Assembly (NCBI GenBank): GCA_965204745.1 | Contig: OZ242010.1 | Location: 32,001 to 96,000, forward strand | DNA from: Candidatus Latescibacterota bacterium | Lineage (GTDB): Bacteria > Latescibacterota > UBA2968 | Length of the DNA stretch: 64,000 bases | Direction: 5' to 3' | Shown: piece after piece, positions 20,171 through 30,962 of the stretch | Layout of the letters: every line of letters starts with the position of its first letter | How positions within the stretch are numbered: position 1 is the stretch's first letter | The notes under the pieces: generated by a model | The model's input: only the letters and a program-made list of their open reading frames with translations | Told to the model about the DNA's origin: nothing | Database searches by the model: none | Program-made: the position numbers and the translations under genes

Positions 20171-22749
20171 ATGGCGGATAAGTTTTTGTATGAGACGCTC
20201 GATTCTGTTTCTCAAATGGGATTGTTGCCAACAGAAATCCCCGATTATCTCCGGGATAATCTGAATCCCCAATTCGAGTTGCGGCCCTATCAGGAAGAAG
20301 GGTTTGCGCGTTTTTTTTATTGTCTTGCCAATGATTTTCCGGGCAAAGAACGCCCGCTGCATTTTCTGTTCAACATGGCGACGGGCAGTGGCAAGACCTT
20401 GATGATGGCCGGATTGATTCTCTATCTGTATGAAAAGGGGTATCGCAATTTTCTGTTCTTCGTCAACTCGACCAACATCATCGAAAAGACGCGGGACAAT
20501 TTTCTCAATCCCGTCAGCATCAAATATCTGTTCGATGAGGACATCCACATTGCCGCCAGCCGGGTGCGAATCGCGCCTGTGGAAAACTTCGAGGCGGTTA
20601 ATCCCAACGACATCAACCTTTCCTTTACCACCATTCAAAAACTCCATTCTGACCTGACGACCGAGAAAGAAAATGCCATTACGTATGAAGACTTTCGCAA
20701 GCACGAGATGGTGTTGATCGCCGATGAAGCGCATCACATGAACGTCGCGACCAAGTCTCAGCGGGAGATGTTCGAGAGTTGGGAGAATACTGTCGAGCGC
20801 ATTTTCAAGCAAAACGAGAATAATATTTTGTTGGAATTCACCGCCACGCACGATTACGAAACCCCCGCGATGGTGGAAAAATACCGCAACAAGGTGTTGT
20901 ATCGCTACGACTTGCTCCAATTCCGCAACGACCGGTTTTCAAAGGATGTGGTCATTGTGCAATCGGATTTCGACTTGGACGCGCGCGTCCTTCAAGCGCT
21001 GATTCTCAGCCAGTACAAGCAGGAAGTGGCGGCGAAATACCTCATCGATCTCAAGCCCGTCATTCTGTTCAAAGCACAGCGCACGATAGCCCAATCGCGG
21101 GCGAACAAAGCCGACTTTCACAAACTCGTCAATGGCCTCACGGCTGCGGACATCGCCCGGATTCGCAATTCAAACATCCCGCTCGTTCAGCGGGCATTTC
21201 GCTTTTTTGACGACCACAACATCAAAGACGCGCAGTTGGCAGAACGCCTGAAGCGAGAATTTCGGGAAGACTTCTGCCTCTCGGTCAACGAGGAAAAGAA
21301 AAGGAAAATCATCAGATTTTGGTCAATACCCTCGAAGACCGCAACAACCGCATTCGCGCTGTTTTTGCGGTGCAAAAGCTCAACGAAGGGTGGGATGTGC
21401 TCAATTTGTTCGACATTGTCCGCTGTTATGAAGCACGCGATTCCGGGAAGAATAAAATCGGGCGAACGACCATGTCCGAGGCGCAACTCATCGGGCGCGG
21501 GGCGCGGTATTTTCCCTACGTCTTGCCGCACAACGCGGACCGTTTTCGCCGCAAGTTCGACGGCGATCTCGACAATGAATTGCGCGTGCTAGAAGAATTG
21601 CACTATCACAGCATCAACGATTCGCGTTACATCGCCGAAATTCGCAAAGCGCTGATCGAAGAAGGCATGCTGGACGCGCGCGAAGTGACGCGCCACCTCG
21701 CGCTCAAAGACTCGTTTAAGCAAACCGCTTTCTACAAACGCGGCGTGGTTTGGTTCAATGACCGCCGCGCCAAAAATTACCCGCATGTGCAATCGTTTGC
21801 CGATTTGGGCGTGCAAAACCGAAATTACGTCCACGTCATTGCCACGGGGCGCGGCGGCGCGCAATCCGTTTTGGCAACGGGGCAAGAGGTGGCGCAAGAC
21901 GAAACCCGGCAGGATGTGAAGGTCTGCGCCCATGAGCGCAACCTCGTTCAATCTGCCATTGCGCGCAATCCGTTCTTTACCTTTGCGTCGCTCAAACGCT
22001 ATTTTCCCAATCTCGCATCCATGCGCGATTTTGTGGTTTCTGAGGATTATCTCGGCGGCTTGGAAATCACGTATCAAGGCAATGTCTATGGGTTGGATGA
22101 GAACCGCGCTGAAAAACGCGCTGCCGTGTCGGGGTTGTTGCGTCAAGTCGAAGCCGAAATTCGCCAGTGCGCGACCAAATACGAAGGGTCACGAGAGTTC
22201 AGGCACAGTTGGGTGCGCGAAGTCTTTGGGGATAAGGTGTTGAAATTTAACGCTCAAAATCCCCTCGCTGCGGAAGACGCGCAATTTGAACATTTCGTCT
22301 CGGCCAAAGACTGGTTTGCCTGCAACACGATTTACGGCACCAGCGAAGAAAAGGCGTTTGTGCGGATGCTGGACAGGCAAATGCAGAAATTACAGCGCGA
22401 TTACGACGAGATCTATTTGCTTCGCAACGAAGGGCATTTCGAGATTTACAATTTTGACGACGGGCGAGCCTTTCAACCGGATTTTGTCCTGTTCCTGCGC
22501 GAAAAGGATGGCGACTTGTCGGTGTATCAACTTTTTGTGGAACCCAAAGGCAAGCATTTGGGCGAGCGCGACCGCTGGAAGGAAACCTTTTTGAAAGCGA
22601 TCACCGCCGAGGTTGGCGGCAAGCCCCTGACATTTGAAAACAAAAAATACCGTTTGATCGGCGTGCCGTTCTACAACAACGAAGACGAGAACCGATTTCG
22701 GGACAACTTGTTTGAGGCGTTGACCGCGAAAACGGAACGGAGTATTTAA
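20171..22749 (+). pseudogene. res: Type III R-M restriction subunit, frameshifted near 21295
   Basis: MATGSGKT and DEAH in ORF 20171-21592; KLNEGWDV, QLIGRGAR and FQPDF..VEPKG in ORF 21319-22749. The frame changes in the A-rich tract GAGGAAAAGAAAAGGAAAA. Confidence 0.85.
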
Positions 22750-22754
22750 TCTAT

Positions 22755-22820
22755 GTTGGAGGTCGTCAAGTACGCCGCGTGAGTGTATCATCGGGCGCGA
22801 CAACGGAAAGGAGAGGGCGA
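22755..22820 (+). repeat. 66-bp direct repeat, right of type III R-M
   Basis: Copy of 18093-18158. Confidence 0.9.
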
Positions 22821-22920
22821 TGACGAGGCAGGCGTATTTGGCGGAGATTAGCCGACGCGGGAGATGGTGGAGACACGGACAGTTTCGGCACGCTCAAGAA
22901 AGTGCGGCGATTGGAAATGA

Positions 22921-23916
22921 TCATCCATCAACTCGGTGAGGGCCAAGGAATTTCTCGCCATCGAAATGAATTATATGAGAAGGTTCGTCGGCAAGCCATA
23001 CTTCTGTTTCCCAACTTATCTCTACGATCCATTTTCTAAATTCCTCACGGTTCTGAAAAACACTGACGAATATCCTGCCTGCCCGGCACCTCGCAGTTAA
23101 GCGTTCCAAGTCCAAATGTCTTAATTTGCTGATTGGATTGGATGAATGGACTGCTTCGATCAAAAGAATCCAGTTTTTCTCTGGGTCGTAGGCTACGACA
23201 TCTGGCAGTAGATCGTGATTTAGATCAAAAAATCCCAACGTTTGCAAGCGTTCTTCCTGTTTGAAAAGTTGTTTTTTTATGGTATCACCCAAGTATAAAA
23301 TCTCAGAGCCAGGAGCAAAACGAGGCAAAAATTCTTCAACGATGGCCTTTTGGAGAATATTGTGGGGACCTGAAGTTAGAGATAGCTCTTGTCCTGTTGG
23401 AAATTTCACCGGTATCATTGTTCTTTGGCGATCTCTTTGTAGTCTTTTACGCAGTTCTCCACATTCAGACTTAAACCGATTGACGCACTCTTCCCATTCA
23501 AAATTTCCAAATTGGTGTAAGAGATCCAGGCCAATCTGTGATACAGCATATCGGCGAGTGGGATTATTTGTATTGGCATTTGGATCGTGGGCACTACGCA
23601 AAACCAATCCCGCTTCAACCAAATAAACGAGATTTTTTCGCCTGACGTCATCATAGGATCCCGGCGAGAGATTCAATCCGTAAAACTTATTCCAAAATCC
23701 GATAATATCTCGGGTTCGCAGCGCGTAGCCATTCCCATCCCCATGTATTTTTGCTTCCTCCCATTTCGACGAGGGTTTTATATCTGCCACTGCAAGCAAT
23801 GTAAGCGCGAGGCGGTCTTGTCGCAGTTCAGTTTTTAACTCACCTTCCCCAAGTGGGATACCTATTGCTCGGAGAATTGTGCGGGCTTCTGATATTTTGA
23901 TTTGAATGGAGGTCAT
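22921..23916 (-). CDS. BsuBI/PstI family type II restriction endonuclease
   Basis: GPHNILQKAIVEEFLPRF, LPDVV...LIEAVHS and ISWETEVW...HFDGEKFLGP motifs; low GC. Confidence 0.9.
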   Translation of the reverse strand: MTSIQIKISEARTILRAIGIPLGEGELKTELRQDRLALTLLAVADIKPSSKWEEAKIHGDGNGYALRTRDIIGFWNKFYGLNLSPGSYDDVRRKNLVYLVEAGLVLRSAHDPNANTNNPTRRYAVSQIGLDLLHQFGNFEWEECVNRFKSECGELRKRLQRDRQRTMIPVKFPTGQELSLTSGPHNILQKAIVEEFLPRFAPGSEILYLGDTIKKQLFKQEERLQTLGFFDLNHDLLPDVVAYDPEKNWILLIEAVHSSNPISKLRHLDLERLTARCRAGRIFVSVFQNREEFRKWIVEISWETEVWLADEPSHIIHFDGEKFLGPHRVDG

Positions 23917-24971
23917 GATAATTTTTTCAGATCGAATATCTCGAGTTGAGAGGATTTTGGGTATTTTCGCTTGACGCGGTTAATATCATCTCGTGAAAGT
24001 TCAGGGCCGTAATAACACTTTTGAATTTCCATTGCCAATGCCTTTGCGAGCAAAGGCGGTACAGCATTGCCCACTTGGTTGAATTGGCTGCCTTCACTCC
24101 CACAAAACTGAAACCAGTCGGGAAAACTTTGCAATCGGGCACTTTCTCTTATACTGAGCCGCCTGCGTCTTCCGTCTTTTAGTTTAATACGCATCATATC
24201 GCCCGTAGCCCCATGTAAATTTCGACATGTTATCGTTCTTGCGGGTTGGTTGAGATGAAGATCTCGAGGGCGAATACACTGAGATGCGCGTTCGTAATTT
24301 GCAACGTATTTGTCCATGTTTGGGGTTAGAAATTTGGCGTTCTCGGGGATATGATAAGCGAGTTTCTCCAGTGCTTCTCCAGCAGTAACGGGAGAAAAAA
24401 AAGTACCTTTTGGAAAACGCCAATGTCCTCGATGTGCAATGACAAAAAGTCTTTCTCTTTTTTGTGGAACGCCGAAATGGATGGCTTGTAAAATTTGAGA
24501 TTCCACAATATATCCAAGATTTGCTAAGTATTGGGTAATCTGAAAAAAATAATGGTGACCTTTATAGAGCATCCCTCTGACATTCTCAAACATAGCTATT
24601 TGGGGTCTATATCGTTCAACACACGCGAGAAAAACGGGAAATCCATCTCTTGGATCATTGCGCCCCATTTGAAGCCCTCCAACGCTAAATGGCTGGCAAG
24701 GAGGCCCCCCAATAACAATATCGGGTACGACTTTTAAGTCTGTTTCTTCTGAAAGGCGGACACAATGACAATCTCCATGAAGATTTGCAACATAAGTTTC
24801 ACAAGCGTCTTTTGCCATTTCAAAGCCAATCGTTTGAAAACCCACAGCTTCAAATCCAAGTGCCAGTCCACCGCAACCAGCAAATAGATCGACAACGATG
24901 GGTGCTGTACTGTCGGGTTTTTGGGGCGTGAGTTCTCTGTTCAAATAGTCTGAAAATTTAATGAAATCCAT
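23913..24971 (-). CDS. DNA (cytosine-5) methyltransferase
   Basis: DLFAGCGG, GGPPCQPFS, ENV, QKRER, RLQSFPD and GNAVPP motifs; low GC. Confidence 0.95.
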   Translation of the reverse strand: MDFIKFSDYLNRELTPQKPDSTAPIVVDLFAGCGGLALGFEAVGFQTIGFEMAKDACETYVANLHGDCHCVRLSEETDLKVVPDIVIGGPPCQPFSVGGLQMGRNDPRDGFPVFLACVERYRPQIAMFENVRGMLYKGHHYFFQITQYLANLGYIVESQILQAIHFGVPQKRERLFVIAHRGHWRFPKGTFFSPVTAGEALEKLAYHIPENAKFLTPNMDKYVANYERASQCIRPRDLHLNQPARTITCRNLHGATGDMMRIKLKDGRRRRLSIRESARLQSFPDWFQFCGSEGSQFNQVGNAVPPLLAKALAMEIQKCYYGPELSRDDINRVKRKYPKSSQLEIFDLKKLS

Positions 24972-25104
24972 AATTGACTCACATGATGGGAAACTGCAAA
25001 ATTCTGAATGTAGATTTGTGCAAAATATAATATCAAATGCTACGCTGTGCAAATGGGCAATACGCAGTTGCAACGATCCATTGCCTTACAGATAGGAGGA
25101 TGCG

Positions 25105-25875
25105 ATGACGGCAGAGGAGAAGTTCACATTTGATCTCGACGGGTATTTGGTGATCAAAGATGTGTTGAGCCGCGAGGAGGTGGCGGTTCTCAATGCGGTG
25201 GCGGATCGGGAATTTCCCAGGGATTACGCGGATGCGGAAGCTGATGGGGCCTTCGGCAATGCCAATGGGGTGCGCCGCGCGCCGAGTGTTGTGGAGTGGG
25301 ATGTGGCGTGTCGGAATTTGATCGATCATCCAAAGGTGTTGCCCTATCTCGTGGCATTGCTCGGGCCGAAGTTCCGCTTGGATCACGATTACGCCATTTT
25401 TATGACGAAGAATGGAAAGCGCGGGAGTTTGCACGGGGGCAAGCCGGATTTGTTCCACCACTATTACAAATACCACGATGGCACGATGCAGTGCGGCTTG
25501 TCGGTCTTGACCTATTTGTTGTCGGATGCCGATGCGGGCGATGGCGGGTTTGCGTGCGTGCGGGGCAGCCACAAGAGCAATTTCAGGATGGATTTGCCGC
25601 GCGATGTACAGCGGTTTGAGCGGGTTCCGCACTATGTTGTCCAGCCGCCGGCAAAAGCGGGAGATGCGATCTTTTTTACCGAAGCGTTGATCCACGGCAC
25701 GCTGCCCTGGCGGGCCGATCACGAGCGCAAGGTGTTGCTCTACAAATACGGACCTGGGCATTTGATTTCCGCGCCAAAGGGGTACGACGGTTCGGCTTAC
25801 AAAGGGCTGACCGAACGCCAAAAGCGCGTTCTGCTACCGCCCGGAGTACACGATAGGCCGGATGTGTTGGGGTGA
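25105..25875 (+). CDS. Phytanoyl-CoA dioxygenase (PhyH) family protein
   Basis: FDLDGYLVIKDVL, GSHK and FTEALIHGT motifs. Confidence 0.88.
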   Translation: MTAEEKFTFDLDGYLVIKDVLSREEVAVLNAVADREFPRDYADAEADGAFGNANGVRRAPSVVEWDVACRNLIDHPKVLPYLVALLGPKFRLDHDYAIFMTKNGKRGSLHGGKPDLFHHYYKYHDGTMQCGLSVLTYLLSDADAGDGGFACVRGSHKSNFRMDLPRDVQRFERVPHYVVQPPAKAGDAIFFTEALIHGTLPWRADHERKVLLYKYGPGHLISAPKGYDGSAYKGLTERQKRVLLPPGVHDRPDVLG

Positions 25876-26016
25876 GTTGTAGATGCGGTGGGGCGGCCTG
25901 ACCGCTGACCACTTGGCGCCGTTTCTCCCGTCTTGCCTCTTACCTCTTGCCTCTTGCCTCTTGCCTCTTACCTCTTACCTCTTACCTCTCCCGTCTTACC
26001 GAAGGGTCCATTTGAC

Positions 26017-27885
26017 ATGACAAAGACACGGCGATTGACGATGGCGCAGGCGATAGTGCGGTTTTTGAAGGCGCAGTACGTCTCGCGCGATGGGATGGAG
26101 CAACCCTTTTTTGCCGGGATGTCGGGCATTTTTGGGCATGGGAATGTGGCCGGAATCGGGCAGGCATTGCATCAATACCGCGACGAGTTTCGGTATTACC
26201 AAACGCGCAATGAACAGGCGATGGTGCATACGGCAGCGGCGTACGCGAAGATGAAAAACCGCTTGGGCACCTTGGCGTGTACCGCGTCAATTGGCCCGGG
26301 CGCGACCAATATGGTGACGGGCGCGGCGACCGCGACGATCAACCGGTTGCCGGTGTTGTTGTTGCCGGGGGATATTTTTGCCCGACGCAATGTCGCGCCG
26401 GTATTGCAGCAGTTGGAGTCCAATGCGTCTCAGGATATTTCCGTGAACGATTGTTTTGAGCCAGTGTCCCGGTACTGGGATCGGTTGAATCGAGCGGATC
26501 AAGCTATTGTCGCGTTGCCCGAGGCCATGCGGGTTTTGACGTCGCCGGTTGAGACGGGCGCGGTGACGCTGTGTTGTCCGCAAGACGTGCAGACCGAGGC
26601 GTTTGATTATCCCGACCAGTTGTTTGAAAAGCGCGTGTGGGTGGTGCCGCGCAACCGGGCGGATCGCGATTTGGTGGCAAAAGCCGCATCGTGGATTCGG
26701 GCGAGCAAGTGCCCGATGGCACTCGCGGGCGGCGGGGTGCTCTATAGCGAGGCGAGCGACGCGCTGGCAACATTTGTGGCGCAGACGGGCATTCCACTAG
26801 GCGAGACGCAAGCGGGCAAGGGATCGCTCAATTACGACCACGCGCACAATTTGGGCGCGGTGGGGGTGACGGGCACGCCGGGCGCGAATGCCATCGCCCA
26901 CGAGGCGGATTTGGTGATCGCGATTGGCACGCGCTTAAGCGATTTTACGACCGCGTCCAAGACGGCGTTTCAAAATCCCGATGTGAAATTCATCGCGGTG
27001 AATGTGGCGGAATTTGACGCGGGCAAACACGGCGCGCTGCCATTGGTGGGCGATGCGCGCGTGGTGCTCGAGGAACTCGCCGAAGCGGTGCAGGGGTATC
27101 GCGTGCCGCGGGATTTGACGCAGCGAGTTGCGACATTTCAGGCCGCGTGGGAGACCGAGGTCGAGCGCGTTTACAATTTGGGACACCGCCCCATTTTGAG
27201 CCAAGGGGAGGTGATCGGCGCGGTGAACGAAGGCTCTGCGCCCGAGGATGTGATGGTGTGCGCCGCGGGCAGCCTGCCGGGGGATTTGCACAAGTTGTGG
27301 CGCGCACGCGATCCCAAGGGCTACCACCTCGAGTACGGGTATTCTTGCATGGGCTACGAGATCGCCGGGGGCTTGGGGATTAAGATGGCGGATCCAGATC
27401 GGGAGGTGTACGTGATGGTGGGCGATGGGTCGTATTTGATGATGGCGCAGGAGATCGCGACGTCGGTGCAAGAGGGGCTGAAGCTGAATATCGTTTTGCT
27501 GGACAATCACGGGTTTGCGAGTATTGGGGGGTTGTCAGACGCGGTGGGCGCGCACGAGTTTGGCACGCACTACAAGATGCGCGATGCGCGAACCGGGCAG
27601 TTGGACGGGCCGCATGTGCCCACGGATTTGGCCGCAAATGCCGAGAGTTTGGGCGCGTACGTGTTGCGGCCCGAGGGCCGAGAGGGGTTGATGAAGGCGA
27701 TAGCAGAAGCGCGGCGCATAGATCGCACGACTGTGATCGCGGTGGAGGTAGATCGCGAGGTGCGCGTGCCGAGTTATGGGAGTTGGTGGGATGTGCCGGT
27801 TGCGGAAGTTTCGACTGTGGAAGCCGTGCAACAAGCGCGTGCGGAATTTGAACGCGCGGTGAAGCGAGAGCGGTATTTTTTTTGA
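26017..27885 (+). CDS. iolD: 3D-(3,5/4)-trihydroxycyclohexane-1,2-dione acylhydrolase (ThDP-dependent)
   Basis: RLTMAQAIVRFL, IFGHGNVAG, YHLEYGYSCMGYE, GDGSYLM and WWDVPVAEVS. Confidence 0.95.
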   Translation: MTKTRRLTMAQAIVRFLKAQYVSRDGMEQPFFAGMSGIFGHGNVAGIGQALHQYRDEFRYYQTRNEQAMVHTAAAYAKMKNRLGTLACTASIGPGATNMVTGAATATINRLPVLLLPGDIFARRNVAPVLQQLESNASQDISVNDCFEPVSRYWDRLNRADQAIVALPEAMRVLTSPVETGAVTLCCPQDVQTEAFDYPDQLFEKRVWVVPRNRADRDLVAKAASWIRASKCPMALAGGGVLYSEASDALATFVAQTGIPLGETQAGKGSLNYDHAHNLGAVGVTGTPGANAIAHEADLVIAIGTRLSDFTTASKTAFQNPDVKFIAVNVAEFDAGKHGALPLVGDARVVLEELAEAVQGYRVPRDLTQRVATFQAAWETEVERVYNLGHRPILSQGEVIGAVNEGSAPEDVMVCAAGSLPGDLHKLWRARDPKGYHLEYGYSCMGYEIAGGLGIKMADPDREVYVMVGDGSYLMMAQEIATSVQEGLKLNIVLLDNHGFASIGGLSDAVGAHEFGTHYKMRDARTGQLDGPHVPTDLAANAESLGAYVLRPEGREGLMKAIAEARRIDRTTVIAVEVDREVRVPSYGSWWDVPVAEVSTVEAVQQARAEFERAVKRERYFF

Positions 27886-27912
27886 TCTACAATTTACACA
27901 GCGAGGTGCGCG

Positions 27913-30462
27913 ATGACTATTCCTCCGTCTGAACATTTTGTTCCCGTGTCGCTGGCCGGGCATTACAATGTGGACCGCGGGCAGTTGGATGGGTTTTGGG
28001 GCGAGGAGTTGGGCGCGATGTACGGGAGGCAATCCGTTTTGGGCGTGCCGTTTGAACTGGGCGCGGCGGGCGAATCGAATGGGGTGTTGCTCGACCGGGA
28101 TGCGGTGCAGGTGGCTATGGGCGGCGCGATGGCGACCTATCTCTTGTTTTTGCACGCGGTTGAAAATCGCGTGACGTGTTATCAGGAGGGGTTGGCTGAT
28201 TTTTCCGTCGATGGCAATGAATTGGGCGATCACGTCTCGGATTACGCGATTCACTACGCGGATGGCGAGCGTGAGACGACGCGCATTTTGCGGCGGTTTG
28301 CGATTCAGCAACCCCATATTTCATGGGGGGCGAGCGCGTTTGCGGCCATGCCCGCGGCCAAACCCGTTGTCGTGATGGGCGCCACGGATGAACACGGCTT
28401 GGGGCGGCGGCCCGCGGCGGCGTATGGGCGTGCAGAGACGCGGCACAGTTCGGGCCGAGAGAGGGGCCGGGCAAAGCTGTGGGTGCATGCGTTGCCCAAT
28501 CCACATCCGCACAAGCCCATTCGAGAAGTGGTATTGACGCCGAAAACCGAGCGGTCCGTGGTGCTGGGGATCGCGCGTACGCAGGTGGCAGATCATCCGT
28601 TGCGCCCGGGCGTGTGCGAAAAATTGCGGTTGGATTTGCCGGCCGGGGCGCGCTTAAACGCCGTGGGCGAACTCGAGGATATCGACATCGATTTAGGCGT
28701 GGTCATGTCTGCGCGGGCCGCGTTGGATTACGATGCGGATCGCTGGTTGGGCGCAGAGGTGGATGTGCAACCCGAGCGGTCGTCTTCTGCGGTGATCGTG
28801 GAGTACATCGCCCACCCACAGGCCAAGTTGTACGTGGGGACAGACGCCGGGGAGAATGTGGGCTATGATCTGGCGCGGGCAGATGGGATCGCCGTGGTGC
28901 AACCCGCGCATCGCCCGGTCAAAATTCGCGTGGTGGAAAAGGGGACGGGATTACCGGTTGCGGTGCGGTTGCACATGCACGGGCAGGCCGGGGAGTATTT
29001 GCCGCCCAAGGGCTATCACCGCAGGGTGAACCCACACTGGTTTGAGGACAATTACGGGGAGCACGTCAATGGGCTGAATCAGTATTGTTATATCCCGGGC
29101 GAATGCGTGGCGGATTTGCCCCTGGGCGAGGTGTATGTCGATATTCAAAAGGGGTATGAGATCGCGCCTATCCGCGACGAGTTCACGGTGGGGCCGGATA
29201 CGGATGTGGTGACGTTTGAGATCGAGCGGGTGCTCAAGTGGCGAGAAAAGGGATGGGTGACAGCTGATACGCACGTGCATTTCCTAAGTCCGCAAACCGC
29301 GCGCTTGGAAGGCGAGGGCGAAGGCGTGAATGTGGTGAATTTGCTGGCGAGTCAGTGGGGGGAGATGTTTAGCAATGTGACGGATTTTGATGGGAAGACG
29401 ACTTTTGGCGCGAGGGATTTTGGCGGGGATGGCGAGTTTCTCGTGCGCGTGGGTACGGAGAATCGCATGCAGGTGCTCGGGCATATTTCCCTGTTGGGCT
29501 ATTCCGGGCAGATGATTCACCCCTTGTGTTCGGGCGGGCCATCGGAATCCGCATTGGGTGACGCGCAAGAGGTGACGATGGCCGAGTGGGCGCAGCAGTG
29601 CATCGATCAAGGCGGGTTGGTGGTGATGCCGCACGGGCCGAATCCGCAATGCGAGCGCGCGGCGGATATCGTGTTGGGCTTGATCCACGCGATAGAGATG
29701 ATGACGTTTAATCCGCACAATGCACAGATCAATCCCTATGGGATTGCGGATTGGTATCGGTATTTGAATTTGGGCTACCACATCCCGGTCGTGGGCGGGT
29801 CGGACAAGATGGCGGCCGCGTCTCAACTGGGCGGGGTGCGAACCTATACGCATTTGGGAGATCGCACATTTGACTATGAGAACTGGATGGCCGCGACCAA
29901 AGCCGGGCATACGTTTGTGACCGTGGGGCCGCTGGCAGATGTGCAGGTGGAAGGATACGCGCCCGGCTCACGGGTGCAGTTGCCCGCGTCTGGAGGGACG
30001 GTTGACGTGACGTGGCAGGTGGCGTCGGTGCGCTTACCCATCGATCAGGTCGAGGTGGTCGTGGGCGGGATAACGCACGATCAGGTCAATGTCAACAAGG
30101 CTCTGTCCGCGTCGGGAAGTGCAAGGGTGCGCGTGGAAAATTCGACGTGGATCGCCCTGCGCGTGCGCGGGAGTTACCGCGGGCAACACGGCGAGATCGC
30201 AGCGCATACGAGTGCCGTGCAGGTGATGGTGGAGGAAAAACCGATTTTTTCCCAAGCAGATGCGACGACGGTTTTGGAGCAGATCGAGGGCGCGATTGCC
30301 TATTTGGATACGCTCGCACCGCGGCCCGAGGCAACGCGCTTGAAGCAGATGCGCGCCACATTGGAAGCCGCGCACAACCGCTTGCACCAAGAGATGCACC
30401 GACACGGCATTTTTCACGACCACACGCCCCTGCACGCGCACGGACACGCACACGAGCATTAG
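27913..30462 (+). CDS. CehA/McbA family PHP-like metallohydrolase
   Basis: ADTHVH, WYRYLNLG...GGSD and AHTSAV motifs; His-rich C-terminus. Confidence 0.78.
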   Translation: MTIPPSEHFVPVSLAGHYNVDRGQLDGFWGEELGAMYGRQSVLGVPFELGAAGESNGVLLDRDAVQVAMGGAMATYLLFLHAVENRVTCYQEGLADFSVDGNELGDHVSDYAIHYADGERETTRILRRFAIQQPHISWGASAFAAMPAAKPVVVMGATDEHGLGRRPAAAYGRAETRHSSGRERGRAKLWVHALPNPHPHKPIREVVLTPKTERSVVLGIARTQVADHPLRPGVCEKLRLDLPAGARLNAVGELEDIDIDLGVVMSARAALDYDADRWLGAEVDVQPERSSSAVIVEYIAHPQAKLYVGTDAGENVGYDLARADGIAVVQPAHRPVKIRVVEKGTGLPVAVRLHMHGQAGEYLPPKGYHRRVNPHWFEDNYGEHVNGLNQYCYIPGECVADLPLGEVYVDIQKGYEIAPIRDEFTVGPDTDVVTFEIERVLKWREKGWVTADTHVHFLSPQTARLEGEGEGVNVVNLLASQWGEMFSNVTDFDGKTTFGARDFGGDGEFLVRVGTENRMQVLGHISLLGYSGQMIHPLCSGGPSESALGDAQEVTMAEWAQQCIDQGGLVVMPHGPNPQCERAADIVLGLIHAIEMMTFNPHNAQINPYGIADWYRYLNLGYHIPVVGGSDKMAAASQLGGVRTYTHLGDRTFDYENWMAATKAGHTFVTVGPLADVQVEGYAPGSRVQLPASGGTVDVTWQVASVRLPIDQVEVVVGGITHDQVNVNKALSASGSARVRVENSTWIALRVRGSYRGQHGEIAAHTSAVQVMVEEKPIFSQADATTVLEQIEGAIAYLDTLAPRPEATRLKQMRATLEAAHNRLHQEMHRHGIFHDHTPLHAHGHAHEH

Positions 30463-30463
30463 G

Positions 30464-30897
30464 TCGTGTTGACATTTCATTTTTTTTCGTTAGGCACAGA
30501 TTAGCAAATGCGTTGCTTGCTGATTTAAGGCGTTTGGTCCTTTGATGGCTTCTCGCTCTGGTTGCTCGGACCTATCCCCCGGCCCCTTTCCTACGAGGAA
30601 AGGGGAGTAAAGCTCCTTTGATGGCTTCTCGCTCTGGTTGCTCTGATGGCGTTGCGCGAGGGCATAAAGCGATTAAATATCCCTCATCAATCCCCTCGCA
30701 AAACCGCTCACTGTTCCCCCCTTCCTCGCAGGAAGGGGGGTTAGGGGGGTAGGTCCCGATAAGGAGCGACTGTCCGAATTTCTCAAACCGAGAGCATATC
30801 CTGCGATAGGGCTTGATTTTCTCGATAGACCGCTCAAGCCAGTTGTACCCCGCTCGTGCCTTTTGTGCCTTTTGTGCCTTTTGTGCCTTTTGTGGCT
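30464..30897. repeat. Composite intergenic repeat mosaic
   Basis: Head matches 5967-6045. It then holds an inverted copy of the 11934-type unit, a second hairpin at ~30715-30757 and a (GTGCCTTTT)n-GTACAACTG module. Confidence 0.85.
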
Positions 30898-30962
30898 AAA
30901 CTGCCATCTCTCGTCTCGGATTGCCATAACATTATCGAAAATCAACCGAAAGGTTTTGTGAC

